Shown here: positions 1-12,871 of the stretch, in pieces
Layout: each line of letters begins with the position of its first letter
Position numbering within the stretch: the first letter of the stretch is position 1
DNA from: Octopus bimaculoides
Lineage: Eukaryota
NCBI RefSeq assembly: GCF_001194135.2
Contig: NC_069004.1
Coordinates: 2,169,273 to 2,233,272, forward strand
Length of the DNA stretch: 64,000 nt
Direction: 5' to 3'
The notes under the pieces: model-generated
What the model saw: only the letters and a program-made list of their open reading frames with translations
What the model was told of the DNA's origin: nothing
Database searches by the model: none
Position numbers and translations under genes: made by a program

Positions 1-724
1 GAGAGCGAGAGAGAGAAGCGGAGGGCGAAGTTAAGTGGTGTCAAAAAGGTCAATTTTATTTATAAATTTTGCTAATTCTTTGGATTTTGTACAGATAAAA
101 TTGAATTTTTCTGCAAGTAACATGGTATTTGTTGAGAAAATACAGCTCAATAAAAAAGTATAAAATGAAATTTAAAAAAGAAAATAGTTGTTATAAGATT
201 TGGAAAAATTTCTCAAGAGTTGCCCTATGACCCAGACATGAAAATGTCTTCACTGTTACAGCGAGTCTAGAACATCTACACCCCTGGACAACAGATGATG
301 ATTTAAAACTTCTTAATATATTAGAGAGGGGGTAATTGTCTTGATACGGTTACAACACAGGAAGGACTATTTTATCAATTTGGTTTGCTTCAATTTTAGG
401 TTTGATTTGTCAAGTGAAGAATTTTGGTTAGATTTAGGAAACAAAAAAAAAATTATGTAAAGCAAAGCTACTGTAACTTTAAAAATTTTAAGAATTCTTC
501 CTTTCTTCTAGGACAATCTTTTTTAATAATTACCACAGTGGTTCTCAAATTGACAAATAGCAGTTTGCTCTGCCTAAAATATGGGAGAAATATTTTGCTT
601 CCCTCTCTAAATTAGATAAATGGTAGTATCTTGTAGTCTAACAAAGATGGTTCTGCAAGAAATTGAAGAACAATTTGTCCAAACAATTCATTAATAGTGA
701 TCAAATATATGTGCTGTATATTAG

Positions 725-894
725 TTCACTCTCTCCATCGAACTGATGTTGCCTGAATAGATGCTGAAGTGATTGCAGAACAATGCAAGATGATGTGTTT
801 TATTCAAGAACACAATGTAGTACCTGGTCCAGGAATTGAAACCACAATTTCGCAATTGTGAGTGCAACACCCTAACCACTTAGCCATATGCTCT
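725..894 (-). mobile_element. tRNA-derived SINE (family D, CORE-like head), decayed
   Basis: The reverse strand reads tggctaagtggttagggtgttgcactcacaattgcgaaattgtggtttcaattcc (A/B-box-like) followed by gtgttcttgaataaaacac. Related copies lie near 13737-13940 and 60355-60555. Confidence 0.6.
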
Positions 895-1989
895 CAAGAA
901 ATGCAACCAAATTGCACAGAACGATTTGATTTGTCCATTTCTCTTTCAATTAGGCCAGTCTCATTAGCTGACTCTATTAATGAGGAAACAAAATACTGTT
1001 TGAAATGTATTGGTTCCCTGGTGGCCTGTTAGTCTAAGGGAGATAATCATTTCTACACAAATAATTGGTGAGATCACAAGTTTGGATTTGAAATGGAGGA
1101 ACAAGGATGAAGATGCAGAGAATATAATTCATTAATAATTCATTTTTAATTGTAAGCTTTGAAGGAGATAAAGCTCTAAATAGTAGCATGTAAATATTGG
1201 ATTAAACCCCCCCCCCCCCTTGGATGGGAAAAGTTCTATGTTGACAGATGATGTGGGTTCAAGTCCCACCAACAGCCTTCAACTTCTATCCATAATATTT
1301 TTAATTCAATATTTAAAATATCTAATATGTTCAAAAGAAACGTCTCCATTTTATTAATCATGGAAGTTTGTCCATCTCCTTTTCTGTCCTCACAAACCTT
1401 CCTTCCATAAGAAACACTGGTTTTGTAAGTCAAGTACAGCTAACCTGTACCTACATGTAATGTGTAGCATGATAGAATGGATCTCGAAACCTCTCGGATA
1501 ACACATTAAAAAAAGAATCAATTACTTTAAACAGCTGTTCCTGTTGGATTCACAGAATTATTCTTTAGCATTTAGATTATTCCCTCAAATGTAATCCTTA
1601 TATATTTACACTATTGTAAATTAATCATAGCTTTGAGATTTTGATAATGTGATTGTTTATTTTTAGAATAATGACGTAAGGTAGGTGTGAGAGGGCCAGA
1701 TCAGGCTAGTTTGAACATGAAGCAGGTCGAATATTTGGGCCAGGTATGACCAGTTAAAATGCTAAAGGGTTAAACTAAAGTTCAACTACAGCCCATAGAA
1801 TTGGGAGTGGGGCTCGGATGGCACTATGCTACAAGGGCTACAGTTTTCCAATGCATTCAAGTGCCCTAGAAGAACTGGAGTTATTACTATTATGTAATTT
1901 GGAATTTGGACAGCCAAAGCTGAAATTTATGGGAAAGTAAGGCTCTTATGTAGCAGGGACAGAGAAATGTCTTGTTTCTTTAATTATAC

Positions 1990-2320
1990 TGAAGTAATCC
2001 CAAATCTATCTTTTACATGTATTAGTCATTGGACCGTGGCCATACTGGGGCACCACCTTAACTGGTTTCGTCAAATAAATTGACCACAGTATTCAAAGTC
2101 TGGTACTTATTCTTTCAGTCTCTTTTGCCAGACTACTAAGTTGAAGGAATGTAAACAAAACAACATGGGTTGTCAAGCAGGCTTCCACATAGTTTGTGTT
2201 TACAAGATTTACTCACAAGGCATTGGTTGGCCTGGAGTTCAGTAGAAGGTGCTGCACAATGGGACTGAACCCAAAATCACATGGTTTGCAAAGTGAGCTT
2301 CTCAGCCACACAGCTACTCT
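1990..2320 (-). mobile_element. SINE family B copy, CpG-decayed
   Basis: Matches by eye the family seen at 9782-10143 and 28765-29135, including the tail gtggccatactggggcaccacc and the head gggactgaacccaaaatcacatgg. Confidence 0.7.
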
Positions 2321-2589
2321 TTTGTTTAGTTGATTTTCTATACTGACATGGGTTTGGAGTCAATATTTTTATGGCTGGACGTTCTTCCTGTCTCCAACCC
2401 TTAGCTATTTTCCAAGTAAAGATTTTTTTAATACTCTGCGGGTTCTCAAAAGAAAACCCAGCATTTGGTCATTATTGTTAGGGAATGTAAACACCATGTC
2501 ACCATATTGGTCAGGGGATGACAAGTGAAGCTGTAGAATATGTCAATATTCATGCATTTTCACACACACACTCATGCATGCACAAGTAC

Positions 2590-2915
2590 AAATGAAACAA
2601 ATGGTATGTGCTGCTCAGGTAACATTGCCAGCACTACCAGTTCCTTCTCAACCTCTTATGGATCTCCTAGAAGGCATTTTCATCCAGTCAAAGGATTTTC
2701 TGAACAATATCAGACAATACAACTCTGAAAATGACATTGTTTGGTGCATCTAAGAAGATAGATAAACATGAATTTACAACGACGTCAACGTTCAAGGCCA
2801 AGTCTATCACCTCATTGGTTCCCTGTTACCCACAAATGAACAACCACAGTTCCTTCAAATTTACTTTATGAGTGATATAGGACAACAAGCCCAAAGGAGG
2901 CGTCAATATTTCAGA
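2590..2915 (+). mobile_element. Helitron Rep/helicase N-terminal fragment, frameshifted
   Basis: Manual translation across frameshifts gives ETNGMCCS / VTLPALPVPSQPLMDLLEGIFIQSKDFLNNIRQYNS / MTLFGA / NVQGQVYHLIGSLLPTNEQPQFLQIYFMSD. This matches the Helitron motif string GMCC..NIRxYNS..MTSFGA..QGQVYHxIGSLLP..FLQIYF. Confidence 0.85.
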
Positions 2916-3194
2916 TGATGGGTCGTGTTACACACACCACCGACTGCTGCAAAAGAGAGTATATTCACTGACAGCTTTTCAGTGCATTCAGAAAGCACAT
3001 AACCCCCACAGGTTAGGGCCTGAAATACTCCAGACGCATAGCATGTTGCTTAGTCAAATTAGCCCATCATTTACTCCACAAATGTTTTGTTGTTAATGCT
3101 GCACTTTCCCATATCACCTGTTTCAACATAATTGTAATATGTTATATATAAATATTGATAGTTATCGCTAAGCTAACATGGCAGTTCAGTAAAA

Positions 3195-4190
3195 TAGGAC
3201 TAATGTTGCTGTTGATTAGCTCCAAGAGGCCAACGCCTCTAGCTAGCTATATGACACAGGAACCTATGTCCATTATAACCTTCGAACAGGGGCGGTCAGC
3301 CGCTTCCTCTTGCTGGTCTGGCATCTACAGACTAGTTTCAGGGTATTTGACCTCTCTCTGAACAATACTCCACATGTGATAGTCCAATGGATTGAGATCT
3401 GGGTAATTAGGAGGCCAAATGTTAGTTGTTATGTGATCATGAAAATTTTCAGCAATCCCTGTGTTACTAGAGCCATGTGTGATAGTCAGAGTTTTACTGA
3501 AACACATATGAACTTCCATTGCATACACTGTCTATCCAGGGCTTAACAATTATTTCCAGGACCTTAATGTAGGCGGCAGAGTTAACTCTAAGGCCTTGTG
3601 AAAAGAAGTAAGAATGCATTACATGTCCTCGTTGCTGACAACTCCTAAAACATGACAGTTGCAGGAAATTTTATATGCATAACACTTGGAACTTCAGAAG
3701 GGTCTGCACATAACCATCTGTCATTTCTTCTGTTTAATTTTTGATCTTAGTCAAAGTTTTTCTTGTTTGAGAAAAACAAATCAAATATTCTTCTGCTGGA
3801 TGTAGTGATTTCCTTTTGCTTTTTCTGACAAATTGACTTTTCCTCATCATATAAGCTTTATATCTGATGTCTTCGCAGACAACATTTCTGACTGTTCCTT
3901 CTGACACATGGAGATCTTTTGCAATTCACCTCATAGACTTTCTGGGATTGTAACCAATGGTCTGTTGAACTTGCTGGATGAATTCAGGTGTTCTGAGAAT
4001 TTCAGAGCACTAAGAATGCTTTTTATGCTTCGATACTGGTGATACGTTTCCATCTTCAGTCTCTAGCTCCTTACAAACTTTGTAGACGAAAGATCTGGCA
4101 ACTTTTAAAAATCGAGATATTTCTAAATCGCTATATTCAGCCTTTATTTATACTGACAATAACAGCATGGCTCTTCATTTCTTGAGCTAG
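3195..4190 (-). mobile_element. Tc1/mariner superfamily maT (DD37D, Bmmar1-like) transposase pseudogene
   Basis: Reverse-strand peptides, with stops and frameshifts: ISRFLKVARSFVYKV, IAKDLHVSEGTVRNVV, KFPATVMFLGVVSNEGHVM, GLRVNSAAYIKVLEIIVKPWID and ENFHDHITTNIWPPNYPDLNPLDYHMWSIVQRE. Confidence 0.85.
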
Positions 4191-4204
4191 CTGAGGGTCT
4201 GCCA

Positions 4205-4590
4205 TTAGAGCGTGATCATTGCCAGAGCAGCTGTCTGGCATGTAAAAAGCACCATTTGAGCGTGATTGTTACCAGCGTCGCCTTACTGGCACTTGTACCG
4301 GTGGCACGTGAAAAAACATTCGAGCGAGTTCGTTGCCAGTGCCGCTGGACTGGCTCCTGTGCAGATGGCACGTAAAAAACACCATTTGAGCATGGCTGTT
4401 GCCAGTACTGCCTGACTGGCCCTCGTGCCGGTGGCACGTAAAAAGCACCCATTACACTCTCGGAGTGGTCGGCGTTAGAAACTCTGCCAGATCAGATTGG
4501 AGCCTGGTGCAGCCATCTGGTTCGCCAGTCCTCAGTCAAATCGTCCAACCCATGGCAACATGGAAAGCGGACGTTAAACGATGATGATGA
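4205..4590 (+). mobile_element. SINE family C with internal GC-rich repeat units and (GAT)n tail
   Basis: Contains repeated gtgccggtggcacgtaaaaagcacc units and ends in ccaacccatggcaacatggaaagcggacgttaaacgatgatgat. Many copies occur in the window. It sits at the 5' end of the maT element. Confidence 0.8.
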
Positions 4591-4699
4591 TTACATATAA
4601 ATTAATGAAGAAATTTCAGACGTGGAAGTAAAATTTGCAGTCAGAGGGTCTCAAAGCAAACTTAGCAAGGACTACAGTATTTCTACATAAGAGAGACTC

Positions 4700-4883
4700 T
4701 TGCTAATGTCAGGGAAATGGCTTCGTGTTAATGCTAAACGAATTAGGTTATCAGGAACATAAACTCTTACGGTTGTTAATGAGTGAGAGAGTCGCTTGCC
4801 TTAGTTCCGGTTTCCTAATCACACGGACCTTCTACGTTAGTGGACCATTACGTATCAACACGAGTTACAAAACAGCTGTAAGT
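4700..4883 (+). promoter_or_regulatory. Candidate promoter and non-coding first exon of the MALT1-like gene
   Basis: Non-repetitive, CpG-retaining sequence with an ETS-like ttccgg at 4805-4810 and a consensus donor ct|gtaagt at 4878. The first coding exon (10768) has a splice acceptor, so an upstream exon is required. The assignment is inference. Confidence 0.3.
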
Positions 4884-6407
4884 ATATTGTTTTATAGGTT
4901 GTGTATTATGATTTAATATTTTCGTAGTCGTGTTTTATATTTGTATATATATATGAATGTTATGGTCTTGAAAAAAGAAATCGTTGGTGATCGGTATGGA
5001 TCGTCGGAAATCGTTATTTTGTGTCATAAAAACAATTGTCGCTGGTTGTTATTGTTGTTTAGCCACAGGTCAGCTATAAATAGAGCAAACGTACGATTAG
5101 AGACGTTCTTACCATGACAATCGAGTAATGTAGTTTGATTATATGTCTGAAAAGACAGAGCAAAACTCAGAGACATTATTTCGATTTTAATACGGTAGTG
5201 TGCGACACGAGAGATTTGACTGCTATTTCTAGCAAATTTGAGTGGCCTAACAGGTTCTCCTACGATTCGGATCTCCGCTGGTTTTCCGATGATGAGATTG
5301 AACTAACGTTTGCCAGCATGACTTTCAAACAACACTCACGAAATATATTGCTTAAAGATAATATTTTTATTTTCATTCGCTTAAATATTTCTTTAGATTT
5401 TTTTGTAAAATCTTAGTCATTTTCAGAGCCTGTAAGACTCAGAAATAAGTTATGTTGTGACCGGGGCCCTATTCCGAATGTTCAAAACAGAGTGGACTCA
5501 GTGGAAAGTGCCCACTGGCCCATAGGGTGGTGTTAAATGGAGCGGACCCTTAACTTAAATCTACCACCCTGTAACAGAACCAGGTTTTCCGGATACCTTC
5601 CTCGCAGTTTCTGTCAAACTAAATTTCACTCTAAAGAATTTGGTCAACCCACAGCTATTTATCTACAGTAACAAACAGTTGGATCGAATCTCAGTTATTT
5701 GACCATCCTGTATTATTTGACCACCCGTTCGTAAATACTATTTTGTTTCATGTTAAAATCATGTCACCAACCGAAATAGCTGCATTAAAGACTATTTCGT
5801 ATTTGACGGTATATAATACGCAGTTTTTTCTCCCTCAGGAAAATCGTCCTGGGTTCTTTTTATGAATGTGGGCCTCCCACAAACTTTAACACTAAAAACT
5901 TCCCACCCTGAATACGTGGTGGTGAAATTGGTGAGGTCAGTCTATTATACCCGTGTGTCTTCTGTGCTGTGGAGGCTGACTGAGAAACATATGCAAATAT
6001 AAGTTGTTTAACCTTAATCGTAGAAAGCGATTATCAAAAGCATTCAAATAATAAAGATCCCGTTTTCTTTTTCATTTTAGGAATAGATTGAGTATCTCGG
6101 ATTTATTTAGCTGCTTTTTCTAGTAGATCGAACGATCCCATAGAGATTTCTTCGTCGGTTGGAAGAAATCCCATTTTCTTTTTATAGTTTCAATTAAGTG
6201 TTTGTAAACAGGAGATTCAAGTTGCTCTAATGGGACACTAACCTACCTCGTTATATACCTCATTACCAAGCAGACTCCGTTATCAAAATGGTAAATAACA
6301 AACATTTAATCGATATATATGAATAATTCATTTTGTTTTTTCGGAATTGTGCCACGGATGTTGATATTTGGAGGGAGGGAAGCATTTTTTGACCCCCGCC
6401 TCACTCA

Positions 6408-6555
6408 TTTTCCGTAATTTTTCATCTTTTGACTTTGTTTAGAAAATGTTTCCCGATTTTTGTTTTAAATATCCGAGGTTATGATTCTTCAAAAGTATGT
6501 CACAAATCTGAAAAAAATTGTCGAAAAAATTAAAAACTGAAAAAATTACGGAAAA
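6408..6555. repeat. Short foldback element (MITE-like)
   Basis: ttttccgtaatttttca (6408-6424) is the near-perfect reverse complement of tgaaaaaattacggaaaa (6538-6555). Confidence 0.55.
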
Positions 6556-6899
6556 GGGATCAATCCCATCCCAAAGATTTTTTCCAATGCTTATTTGTAA
6601 TCTATTCCCTTAAAATATACACACCTAAAAAAAAACAACGGTTTTTGGTACACTAGATGATTTCCGATTCTATTCTTTGGAATACTGAGACGGCATTGTT
6701 TTAGATCTTTATGAATGATAAAGTATCCTATAATTTGAAAGTGGGATTTCCCGTAAATGACGTAGAATAAGACTTCAAAATTTCCACGTACGAAACGTAG
6801 TGTCAAGTAGACGTGCGTTTGTCTGTACGTCTGTGTATACTAGAATCATGTGTGTGTGTGTATATGTATGTATGAATGTATATATGTATGAATGTATAT

Positions 6900-7033
6900 A
6901 ATCGGATTTGCAATCTATGTGGGTGTCTTTTCAAAACATTGTCTGGTTTAAAAAGCCACACCAGATGCCATGGTAGCTCTAAGGTGCAGGTACAGGAGGT
7001 GGTCAAATTCTGCATAAGGAGTAGACGACTACC

Positions 7034-7108
<75 letters not shown>
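6900..7108 (+). mobile_element. Probable RTE-type LINE 3' end with C2H2 motif and (TA)n tail
   Basis: CNLCGCLFKTLSGLKSHTRCH (6909-6971) is followed by about 65 bp and then (TA)n at 7037-7108. Confidence 0.5.
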
Positions 7109-7110
<2 letters not shown>

Positions 7111-8580
7111 TATATACATACAAAATTCAAATAGATTATCATTATCTTAAAAAAAAAAAATAGTGATAAAGTGGCCAGCAAACATAATCCAAAAAGGTAA
7201 AATATAAATTTAAAAGTTAGGGTACAATATGTACCTGTTTGCTAGAAAGAAAAGTCAAAACTCTCCAAAACCATGCAACTCTCACTATATACATATATAT
7301 ATATATACATATATACATATGCTCACATACATGCGCGTGCATATCTATATATGTATATGGCAATCTTTATATCCTGCTAAACACAGAACTATTATTAGAA
7401 CACCATATTGATGTGGAATTCACTTTGAGAGATCCTCTCGTACAGATGTATAATGCTGAGAGCACAGACACATGTTGCCAGTTGAGAACTGTCTGGCAAC
7501 AGAACTGTGCATATACTTCCTCAGTGGCAGGTGTCCACTTGTCCGGCAGGATATTGCTATTAGATATTAATAGTACTTCTGTCACTAATACATACATACA
7601 GACAGACATACACCTATGTGTTTGTTTCAATAAATACTTCATCGTTTGATCATGAAATTTTTGGTGTAAGTTAATTTTAGTTTGAATACCAATCTTTCCT
7701 AACTTTATGTTTAGTTTTAACACCCACTTGGATGAAATGTTGAATCGGCCTGCCCCATTTCTAAAATCTTCCATGGTGATATTTAAAAAAAAAAGAAAAA
7801 GGCATGTAAAGTTTAATTTAAATTCCAAGCACCTACTAAGAGAGGATTTTGAAAAGCTCAGATTGAAAGCGATAGCATTATAGTCACTAAATCAAAGAAA
7901 AGAAAAGAAAAAGATCAAAAGTATGATAATAAGAGTAAATAGAACAGAAGATGGAACAGTTGTCAAGGTAATTGTTTGTTCAATTGGGGAAAAAATGTGG
8001 AGTAACTTCCTTTCATGGACTATATAAAGAACAAACGAGTTTTCAATAAAGTAACGATCCCCTATGCAAATGAATAGATTAGTGCAGACGCCTTGACACA
8101 GATGTGAAACTAAAACCATAGGGGTAGGGTTACAGTAGCTACCACTACTTCATGAGGAAAGGAAATGGACAGAATTGGGAGTGGGGCCAAAATATAATAA
8201 GCAAATTAAAATACACAAAACATTTCTTTCACAGGCACAGCAGTGGAAAGATAGCGGAATGAAGTTTTGAAGCAAAAGAATAAGCAGAACAATTCTAGCC
8301 CAAGAGATTCAACAGCTTTGAATGGTATGTTGCCCTTAACACTGATATCTCTCCCAGTCTTTGGTGTGTGTGTGTGTGCTTGTGTGAATGAATGTGTTTG
8401 TGTGCATATGTATATGTGTCTGTATACGAATTTGTGTGTGTGTAATTGAGAAAATTATAAGTCAACAAGAAGGGGTGTAGTTGGACATTTTTTAATCACT
8501 ATAATTGTTTCCATGCAACATATTAATACAAATAGTTGCATAATCAAGTGCCTGTACTCCTGGAGAACTATGTTGCGTGG

Positions 8581-8826
8581 AAACAATTCTCATCATCATC
8601 ATCATTGTCGTTTAATGTCTGCTTTCCATGCTGGCATGGGTTGGACGATTTGACTGAGGACTGGCAAACCAGATGGCTGCACCAAGCTCCAATCTGATCT
8701 GGCAGAGTTTCTACAGCTGGATGCCCTTCCTAACGCCAACCACTCAGAGAGTGTAGTGGGTGCTTTTATGTGCCACTGGCACGAGGGCCAGTCAGGTGGT
8801 ACTGGCAATGGCCATGCTCAAATGGT
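8581..8826 (-). mobile_element. SINE family C copy
   Basis: catcatcatcattgtcgtttaatgtctgctttccatgctggcatgggttgg...ctggatgcccttcctaacgccaacc; nearly colinear with 55305-55480. Confidence 0.85.
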
Positions 8827-8954
8827 AGTGATTAAAAAATAAAATGTCCAACTGTACCCCTTGTTGATGTCTCCAATTTTATCAATTACAAAACACACAC
8901 ACACAGATTACCATTAAGTATTAATACTGCTTCTCTAGCTAATGTCTAAGTTGG

Positions 8955-9125
8955 TTAGCTGAAAGAATCGTTAACATGCTGGACAAAATGCTTGCTCGTC
9001 TTTATGTTCTGAGTTCAAATTCTGCTGAGGGTGTCTTTGCCTTTCATCCTTTCAGGGTCCATAAAATAAGTACCAGTTGTGCACTGGAGGTCGATGTAAT
9101 TGACTTACTTCCCCCCCCCCAAAAA
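8955..9125 (+). mobile_element. SINE family A copy, CpG-decayed
   Basis: ttctgagttcaaattctgctgagg...tttgcctttcatcctttcagggtccataaaataagtaccagtt; homologous to 60861-61090. Confidence 0.8.
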
Positions 9126-9781
9126 AAACTTGCTGCTCATGTGGCAAAATTTGAAACCAATGTCTACCTATCAACCCATCCATCCATCCAGCCACACACA
9201 CCCATGTCCACACACGCACACACATACATACATACACACACACACACACATGTGAATTTTGGAAAACCCAGATTGATAATGACAGGATTATGATCACTAA
9301 AGTAAAAAAGAAAAAAAAACAGGAAAAAATCTCAAAAGAAGGATAGTTATGGTAAATAGAAAAGGGCAAAAATGTTGAGTAAGATCCTTTTGTAAACTAT
9401 GCATGGCTACAGAAACAAGTAAAAGATTAAAAAAAAAAAATTAATTGTAATTCCTGTTGTATGAAACAGGAATTCGATGATCTTTTGTTTGAGGTATATA
9501 TATATATATATATATATACATGGGACTAGTTGTGAAAGAAACAACCTGAGTAAATCCCAAAATAGATTTGGGTGTTCAGTGTGAGCAGGATGAGAAACTA
9601 CAATAATAGACATGGATATCTTGAGTAAACGGAAGCAATATGAAAATGTGTGAGAAGCATTCACGAAATAGTCTGTTGAATAATCCATCAGGTATGCTAG
9701 CAAATGAAGGGGAACATTCCCATCTAATTTCTCCGGTATTATCAAAAGAGAAAGATATATATATATATATATATATATATA

Positions 9782-10143
9782 GGAGTGGCTGTGTGGGTAA
9801 GTAGTTTGCTTCCCAAACACATGGTTCTGGGTTCAGTCTTCTATTATTGCCTCAGGCTGACCAAAGCCTTGCAAGTGGATTTGGTAGAAGGAAACTGAAA
9901 GAAGCCTGTTGTATATATATATATATGTATGTATATGTTTGTGTGTCTGTGTTTGTCACCCCACCATTGCTTGACAACTGATGTTGATGTGTTTACGTCT
10001 CTGTAACTTAGCGGTTTGACAAAAGAGACCAATAGAATAAGTACTAGGCTTACAAAGACCAAGTCCTGGGGTCGATTTGTCTGACTAAAGGCTGTGCTCC
10101 AGCATGGCCACAGTCAAACGACTGAAAAGAATAAAAGAATAAA
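9782..10143 (+). mobile_element. SINE family B, near full length
   Basis: tRNA-like head ggagtggctgtgtgggtaag...ttctgggttcagtc, an internal (TA)/(TG) tract, and the tail aaaggctgtgctccagcatggccacagtc...aaaagaataaaagaat. Confidence 0.85.
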
Positions 10144-10775
10144 TATATATATATATATAAAACAATTGATAGACATCATCATAATTTAGTGTCTGCTTTC
10201 CATGCTGGCATGGGTTGGATGGTTGGATGGTTTGACTGAAAACTGGTAAGCTGTGGAGCTGCACCAGGTTCCCATCTGATTTGACAAGGTTTCTATGGTT
10301 GGATGCCCTTCTTCCGAACGCCAACCACTCCAAGAGTGTAGTGGGTACTTTTATGTGCCACCGGCACAGGTGCCATTGATCTGACACCGACAGTGGCCAT
10401 GGCATCACTTGGCTTGACAGGTCTGCACATGCATGGTGTATCGCCGATACACTTGCTCAAGGTTCTGTACAATGGGACTGAACCCCAAACCATGTGATCA
10501 TAAACTGAACTTCTTAGCCACACAACCACATGTCCAGGAAGTTCACTGTCATCAACTCACTACAGAATCTACATTACTTTTGTTTTGTTTTGTTTTTTTC
10601 AATAAAATAGTTTTTAACTCTGAATGGTGAGATACTATGAATATAAACTCTCCTCGCAGTGAACCCTCTTTATGATTGAACTTTCTTCAGAGCAAATTAA
10701 TGGCAATGAACACACAGCCTTGCCTCTGTCTATATCTGTTATGATCTATCTTTTTTCTCTTTTTTAGATAACACC

Positions 10776-10924
10776 ATGGAAAATCATCCAAATCTTACTT
10801 TAAGTATTAATAAGATGCCAATGAAAATTTTATCTCCCATCTTGCGTTGCCTTGAATATGAACAAAATGATGATTTCTGGCCACAGTTTGTTCAGTTAGT
10901 AACCAGGATCAATTTTCACATCAG
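10776..10924 (+). CDS. MALT1: MALT1-like paracaspase, coding exon 1 (death domain, N-terminal half)
   Basis: Acceptor tttttag|10768, strong Kozak acaccATGg, MENHPNLTLSINKMPMKILSPILRCLEYEQNDDFWPQFVQLVTRINFHI, donor ag|gtaatt. Phase 2 matches the next exon. Confidence 0.8.
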
Positions 10925-11726
10925 GTAATTTCTGTTTTCCAATTTTCTTTCTGTCTTTGATTAATTTTAGTCTGCTTTTCTTGTCTAATAAATGCATTCC
11001 CATGTTTGAATTTTTGTTATCTGTCCAAATGAAATGACTTGGTACCATGTCTCTCCAAGATGGATCCATGAAAACAAGTCTGAAGTTCCATGCGATAAAG
11101 TGTCTTTTAACAGAATTTAATCAAAAATTATTTAGTAAAATATGTTATTCGCCATTTTCATAATTATAAGATATTATATTTCATATTTCTGTTTGGTTTG
11201 CAAGATTCTTGATGTGAATTTATATGATGGAGCTGATTTTGTTGTATCTTTGGAGGGTCATTAAGCCAATAATAAACACATGCACTGGTTTTGTTTCCCT
11301 TCTTTTTCGTATTTGTCAGTTGGTTAGCTATTCAACCATTTGGTTAACCTGTCATCAGTCAGTTATGTTTGTCAACCAAATGATTAACCAAACAATTGAT
11401 TAATTAGTTACTTAAATAGCTAACCAATTAATGATCAATAAAGAAATGAAGTTGAACCAGTTCATATAGTTATTATTGGCAAAAGTGGCCCTCATGCAAA
11501 AACATGCTCTTCATCCCTCCTCAACACATGCCCATACCACCTCACTCTATTCGCCCTTGCCAATGTAATTCTAAAACTAAACAATCACATCACCAAAATC
11601 TCAAAGCTACAAGATAATGCAGGATTAATCCCCAAAAATGTGAATAAATAAGCACTACGTTTGACTGAGTAATTTGAATGCTGGAGGGTTTAACAATGTT
11701 CTGTTTTTTGTTTTTTTTTCTTCCAG

Positions 11727-11893
11727 CCAAGGAAAATATAGAGAAATAATCAATAAAGGCAACAGACAAGGAAACACTGTTGCTCAAGAAATGCTTGACT
11801 ATTTGGTTCCAAAGGGATTTACCATTCATGATCTTTTATTTGTTTTAAATGAACTCAAACTAGAGCCACATGTTAAAGCAATCAGAGATTTTG
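11727..11893 (+). CDS. MALT1: MALT1-like coding exon 2 (death domain, C-terminal half)
   Basis: ttccag| SQGKYREIINKGNRQGNTVAQEMLDYLVPKGFTIHDLLFVLNELKLEPHVKAIRDF g|gtaagt; phase 2 to 1. Confidence 0.88.
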
Positions 11894-12871
11894 GTAAGTC
11901 TATGTTATGTCTTTTGGGCCTTTCAGTCATTGCACTGTGGTCATGCTGGAGCACTGCCTTGAAAAATTTAGTCAAATCAATCAACTCTAGTGCTTTTTTT
12001 TTTAAGTCTGGTACTTTTTCTAGTGATCTCTTTTGCTGAGCTGCTAAGTCTTGAGAATGTAAACACAGCAACACAGGTTGTCAAATGGTGGTGAAGAACA
12101 AACACAAACAGAAAGACACACACACACACACAATTGTATTCTACACAGTTGCTGTTTATCAAATTCATTCAGAAGGCTTTGGTTGGCTCAAGGCTGTAGA
12201 AAAAGACACTTGCCTAAGGAGCCATCCTGTGGGACTCAACCTGAAACACATGGTAGCAATGGAAGCTTCTTAACCATACAGTTATGCCTAACTTTTGTTT
12301 TTTAAATGTTGTGGTTTTATTGTCTACTTTTTGTTATTTTATAATATACAAGAAAGTGAATTGGCAGACATTAAAGCAACAAAAAAAAGGGGTCAGAGGT
12401 TCTTCCCAAGCCATCGGCTCCCAGGGCCAGTTTCCCAGATTCTGTGGTGTATATATTTCTCCCTGAACCTGATGCCAGTCCATTGGAGAGTGACTCATTT
12501 GTCAACTGAGTGGACTGGAGTATTGTGAAAGGAGGTGTTTTGCCCAGTCCAGGAATTGAAACCATAATCTTAAGACCAGGAGCCCAAAGCCCTAACTATT
12601 AAGCCACGTGCCCCCACACAGTGGCTAAGGGACAGATTAGCCCCCCCCCCATACACACTGAACAGGATGCTACTCCATTGTCGGGTTAACTTCCAGGCTA
12701 TTGGTAGAATTTGTTTAGAGTTAAGTAGATTCAAGCAATGTGAAATGAAGTGTTTTGCTCAAGAATACAATGCATCACACGTGATCTCAGATCAGAGTAT
12801 CAGGCAAGTGCAGCATCAGATTCTACTCAAATGGTTTTGCTTCTCATCTTTTTCTTTCTTTTCTTCATGAC

